This document shows positions 60,315 through 64,000 of a DNA stretch of 64,000 bases, piece by piece. Origin of the DNA: Octopus vulgaris. Lineage: Eukaryota. Every line of letters starts with the position of its first letter. The first letter of the stretch is position 1. Under the pieces are notes generated by a model that was not told where the DNA came from, did not search any database, and was given only the letters and a program-made list of their open reading frames with translations. The stretch spans positions 90,210,001 through 90,274,000 of the forward strand of contig OX597822.1 in NCBI GenBank assembly GCA_951406725.2, read 5' to 3'. Made by a program: the position numbers and the translations under genes.

Positions 60315-60740
60315 AGGTATGGCTGTGTGGTTAAGAAGCTTGCTTCCCAAACATGTCATCTTGAGTTCAGTTTCACAGCACAGCACCTTCAACAAGTGAC
60401 TTCTATCATAGTTCCAGGCTGACCAAAGCCTTGTGAGTTGCTAAGTGGAAACTGAAATAAGCCCATTGTGGGTGTGTAAGTATGTGTGAGTGTGCATGTG
60501 TTTGTGTGTATTTGTATGTATCCTTTACTTGATATCATGGGTGCAAGCAAGCATCAGTATCACACAAGTGAAGTTGGTCATTTCTTGTCTTTCTTGAAAA
60601 ACATGTCTACCCATTAGGAAATTATTAACTTACATGGAAAAAAGTGAGTGTTCGCAACAGGAAGGGTATTCAGTCACAGAACAAATTCCACCTCACCCAT
60701 GCAAACACAGAGAAGTGAACAACAATTGATGAAGATGAAA
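60315..60740 (+). mobile_element. Diverged tRNA-derived SINE, plus orientation
   Basis: TGGCTGTGTGGTTAAG (A box), GAGTTCAGT (B box-like), GACCAAAGCCTTGTGAGT. Confidence 0.75.
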
Positions 60741-61018
60741 CGATGACGATATACAAGCAGAAGTAACCAGCACTGCCCGAGTCGAAAACTCAGAGAATTA
60801 ACTGTAACATCACAAAGCAATGTATTAGTACTTATCAGTAAATCTTTTGGTAAAAGCAATTAGGAAAACATCAGACTAAGTGCACTATGCAGAACTTTTT
60901 TTTAAGGCTATTTTATGAATATTTTTTCAGATATCCATGTTTTAAACATATGCAATTTAAATTCTGAAAAAAATTGTACACATATACAAATCTTTTCAAC
61001 CCAAACTACTGTTTAAGT

Positions 61019-61160
61019 GTAACCTTAACCCTAACCTGAAACCCTAATCTTAAATCCTAATACTAAGCTCTTAAACCCTACTCTTAAGCTTTTTCCCTAA
61101 AACCTAAACTTTAATACTGATCCTAACTCTAATCCTAACCGCACCCTCTGACCCTAACTA
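61019..61160. repeat. Degenerate (CCCTAA)n telomere-like repeat
   Basis: TAACCTTAACCCTAACCTGAAACCCTAATC...CCTAACTCTAATCCTAACC...CCCTAAC. Confidence 0.75.
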
Positions 61161-61959
61161 GTTTCTACGTCAGTTCAGTGTTGCCTCTCTTAGGTACAGA
61201 TGTGGAGAAAATTACTCTGAAATACACATGTATCCACTAGTCCAATAGGGGGTACTCTGAAATGATCATGATGTTTTACACCTTTTTGTCTCCAGCAAGA
61301 ATATTTTTCCATGACAAACTGCAGTGAAAAGTTTTTTATGGACTGAAATATTTCTATCTCTCAAACATAACTGAACTAGTATAAAGTGTATTTTCTTAGT
61401 CACTGCTTTGCGTGCGTGCGTGTGTGTGTGTGTGTGTAAAGTTAAAGTTTGCAATGAGTATAGCAACAAATTTTGTGTACAGGTAGAAGTTCACCGGGGC
61501 TCGGTTTTAAGCCCCCTCTTATTTATCAAGAAATTTCATACATGGAAGAAAAACCTACAAGAGGAATTGCAGGAAAGTCAACTGGGTCAAAAGTAAAAGT
61601 GTGTAGAATTTTAAAGTTAATTATCCATCTCTCCATTCCTTTCAAGAAATATCAGGTTTATTAAGGTTAAAGTGAATTAAACTGAATTACAATAGGTGCA
61701 ATAATTAAAGATCAGACTAACGTTTATAAATTAGTAAGGAAAAAAAAGTACTTAGTATATTGCAGAGTATGTAAATTATGTAGGATTTTTGAGTGGAAAT
61801 TTCAAGCATGTTTTGCTAAATAAATGAGAACAGCAAATTAATAACTTGTTACATTTATTAATTAGGCTGGATTTACAACAGTGTAATTCAAGAGCCTCTA
61901 CCAAACACAAATTACAACTCTTACTGCCCCTCTATAAGAAGGGGCACTGCCTATTGGAG

Positions 61960-62560
61960 ACTACAAAATAATGTAGTCTACATCCTCCCTTTGAGATTCC
62001 AGAGGAACTTGACCAACAATGTTCAGTTTTCTTCTCTTTTGTATTTAAAAGAGGGAATATGATTATGTAATCTGGCCTTGAATTTTATAGTAGAAGCAAC
62101 TATGTGGTAATAAATAGACATTCTCAGATACTTTGACAGCACACTAATATTCTTCTTTAGACATTGGTTATCAAGGGAGCATTTGTTATAGTTCCTAAAG
62201 TTACACATTTTATTAAGCATGTAGATATAAGAGGTCTTATTTGTTCTATTACTGTTATTGCTACTACTCAGAAGTGATACAGAAATATTATCAATCCCAT
62301 TATCTGCACCTTATAGATGTGTTCTATTAAATGTACATCCAGATTGATCTGTATGCTCAGAATGAAGACATGTGCATTCATTCTGAAAGTGTTCAATTTT
62401 TTAATATTAATAGTTACTACAATATCTTCTAAATTAGATGTAGTGGAGTAAGAAAACTTTATAGTATGCCTATTGAATATTTTACTATATCTGCTGGGAG
62501 GAGAAAAACATTGTGTTATATCTCAAAAAACATTCCTGGGATATCTGTGCCTGTATGAAT
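61960..62560 (-). mobile_element. Penelope-like element GIY-YIG region remnant
   Basis: CNFRNYNKCSLDNQCLKKNI...KFKARLHNH..SFK. Confidence 0.65.
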
Positions 62561-63739
62561 TCTGAACATAGCATTATACCATGTATTATATTTCTAATAT
62601 CCTCTCTGTTTCTCCTAAATTTGACCATAATTAATATAAGTATAGTTATTAGCATGTATATTAGCTCACATGGTTGCATAAGTACTGCAATAATTCCCTG
62701 GTTCAAATTTCTTATGCTTAGTTCTTTTGCATGTCCCTGATTGGTGTCCAATATGTATATTATCAAGATATTTTCTGAGACATTCACAAGAAGCAATAGA
62801 CAATTCATCTTCTTGATTGGAAGGTAATCTTCATCACTTGCTATGTAGATTGTTTTCACCACATTACTTGTTACCAATAACCTGGTTATAAGCAATCCTA
62901 TTCCTGCATCCATTATTATAACCATTCATACTACTATGATTATTAATGCCTTTATGTACCAGCAAATGTATTCTACTGACCCTAAATGTTTTCACATTGT
63001 TTACCTCGGGAATATATTACATCCCCTTAGTATATAATGTCCTAGCTAAATTGGCATTATAATATTCTACATTCTGTAAGAAAATGTCCTCATTAGCTGA
63101 AAGCTTTATACACACACACACAGGGTAGCCTTGTTCCATCATTAGTACCCATGGATGAAGGTCTTAGTTGTCCACCCTACTGGAACAACATTGTCTGAGG
63201 CTGAAACATATGATGCATGAATGGCAGTTTCTGTCACACAAGCCAGCAGTATGGGATGTTTGACAGAATCCAAGCCTGGGCAGTATGGAATGGACATGTT
63301 GCCCATGCAGCATATCCACCCTCACCACATCATTAAATGGATTCAAAGGAACAACACAGTATTTACAATTGGGTACCAGAACAAGGTTGTAGACAATGTC
63401 AAACTGTTTCAGTGGCTCTGACTTTCCATTTTTCCTCAGGTTTTACTCTTGAACCCTTTCCCATAGCTGCATATGGCCACAAAGCAGAGGAGGTCTGAAG
63501 TCTGAGATCTCCTTCTCTAGATGGACTCCTACCCACTCACCAAGCTAACAAACTTCATCTGCCCAACTGACTTGCTATAGTTGGGACCCTGACAAGTGCT
63601 ACTGCAATGGGTCAGAGTAGTAGCAAAGAAGTGGTTCCACACTCCTTAAAACTCTGGAACTCCTGAACCAGGGCACCACTTCTGGGTGCAATCTGAAGTC
63701 TTACTCAGGATGTGTGTGTGTGTGTGTGCATCTCAATAA

Positions 63740-64000
63740 GGTTAGAGTTAATAAGTATATCAACAAATTTAGTGTGCATGTAGGAGTTTACCAGGGCTTG
63801 CTTCTCAGTCCTTTCCAGTTTATCAGAATCCTCCAAGTCATAACAGAAGTTTATGACAGTTTGCCTGTGGGAACTCCTCAATGCTGATGACCTTGTTCTT
63901 ATAGCTGTTGTACAATTAGAAAAGAAATTCCAGGTGTGGAATAAAGGGCCTTAAAGTTAACTTAATAATGGCCAAAGTCCTAGTGAACAGTAAAACAGAC
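63740..64000 (+). mobile_element. RTE-clade LINE remnant (runs off the window)
   Basis: WELLNADDLVLIA; similar to 39240-39480. Confidence 0.7.

Noticed and set aside
50931-64000. CDK5 coding exons 1-2 (MQKYEKLEKIGEG / TYGTVFKAK...DDDDE)
   Set aside because: Not found by eye. The (ATC)n runs at ~53520 and ~57380 are retroposon tails, not the DDDDE codons. The exons probably lie beyond the window.

Overview
AT-rich, microsatellite- and transposon-dense eukaryotic DNA. The tRNA-derived SINE family and repeat landscape suggest a cephalopod (octopus); this is an inference. The only host gene I can support is CDK5 on the minus strand: nine coding exons from 50930 (GVPSSALREICLLKELKHKNIVR) to a TGA stop at 28848-28850, all with GT-AG boundaries and consistent phases. 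I did not find coding exons 1-2, which probably lie beyond 64000. The rest is decayed mobile DNA: Penelope-like elements, R4/Dong, RTE, CR1/L2 and L1/Tx1 LINE pieces, a Gypsy element, hAT, mariner and piggyBac-type DNA elements, three Helitron remnants and many SINEs. The most notable observations are: (1) a ~350-bp tandem repeat whose units each carry a degenerate type I hammerhead ribozyme (retrozyme-like), interrupted by a 5'-inverted L1/Tx1 insertion with a 14-bp TSD; (2) further decayed hammerheads; (3) a 5.2-kb hAT-bounded unit with a perfect 8-bp TSD enclosing a Gypsy element; (4) a perfect 56-bp-arm hairpin about 170 nt upstream of the CDK5 catalytic-loop exon. Repeat boundaries are by eye and approximate; CDK5 exon boundaries were counted base by base.
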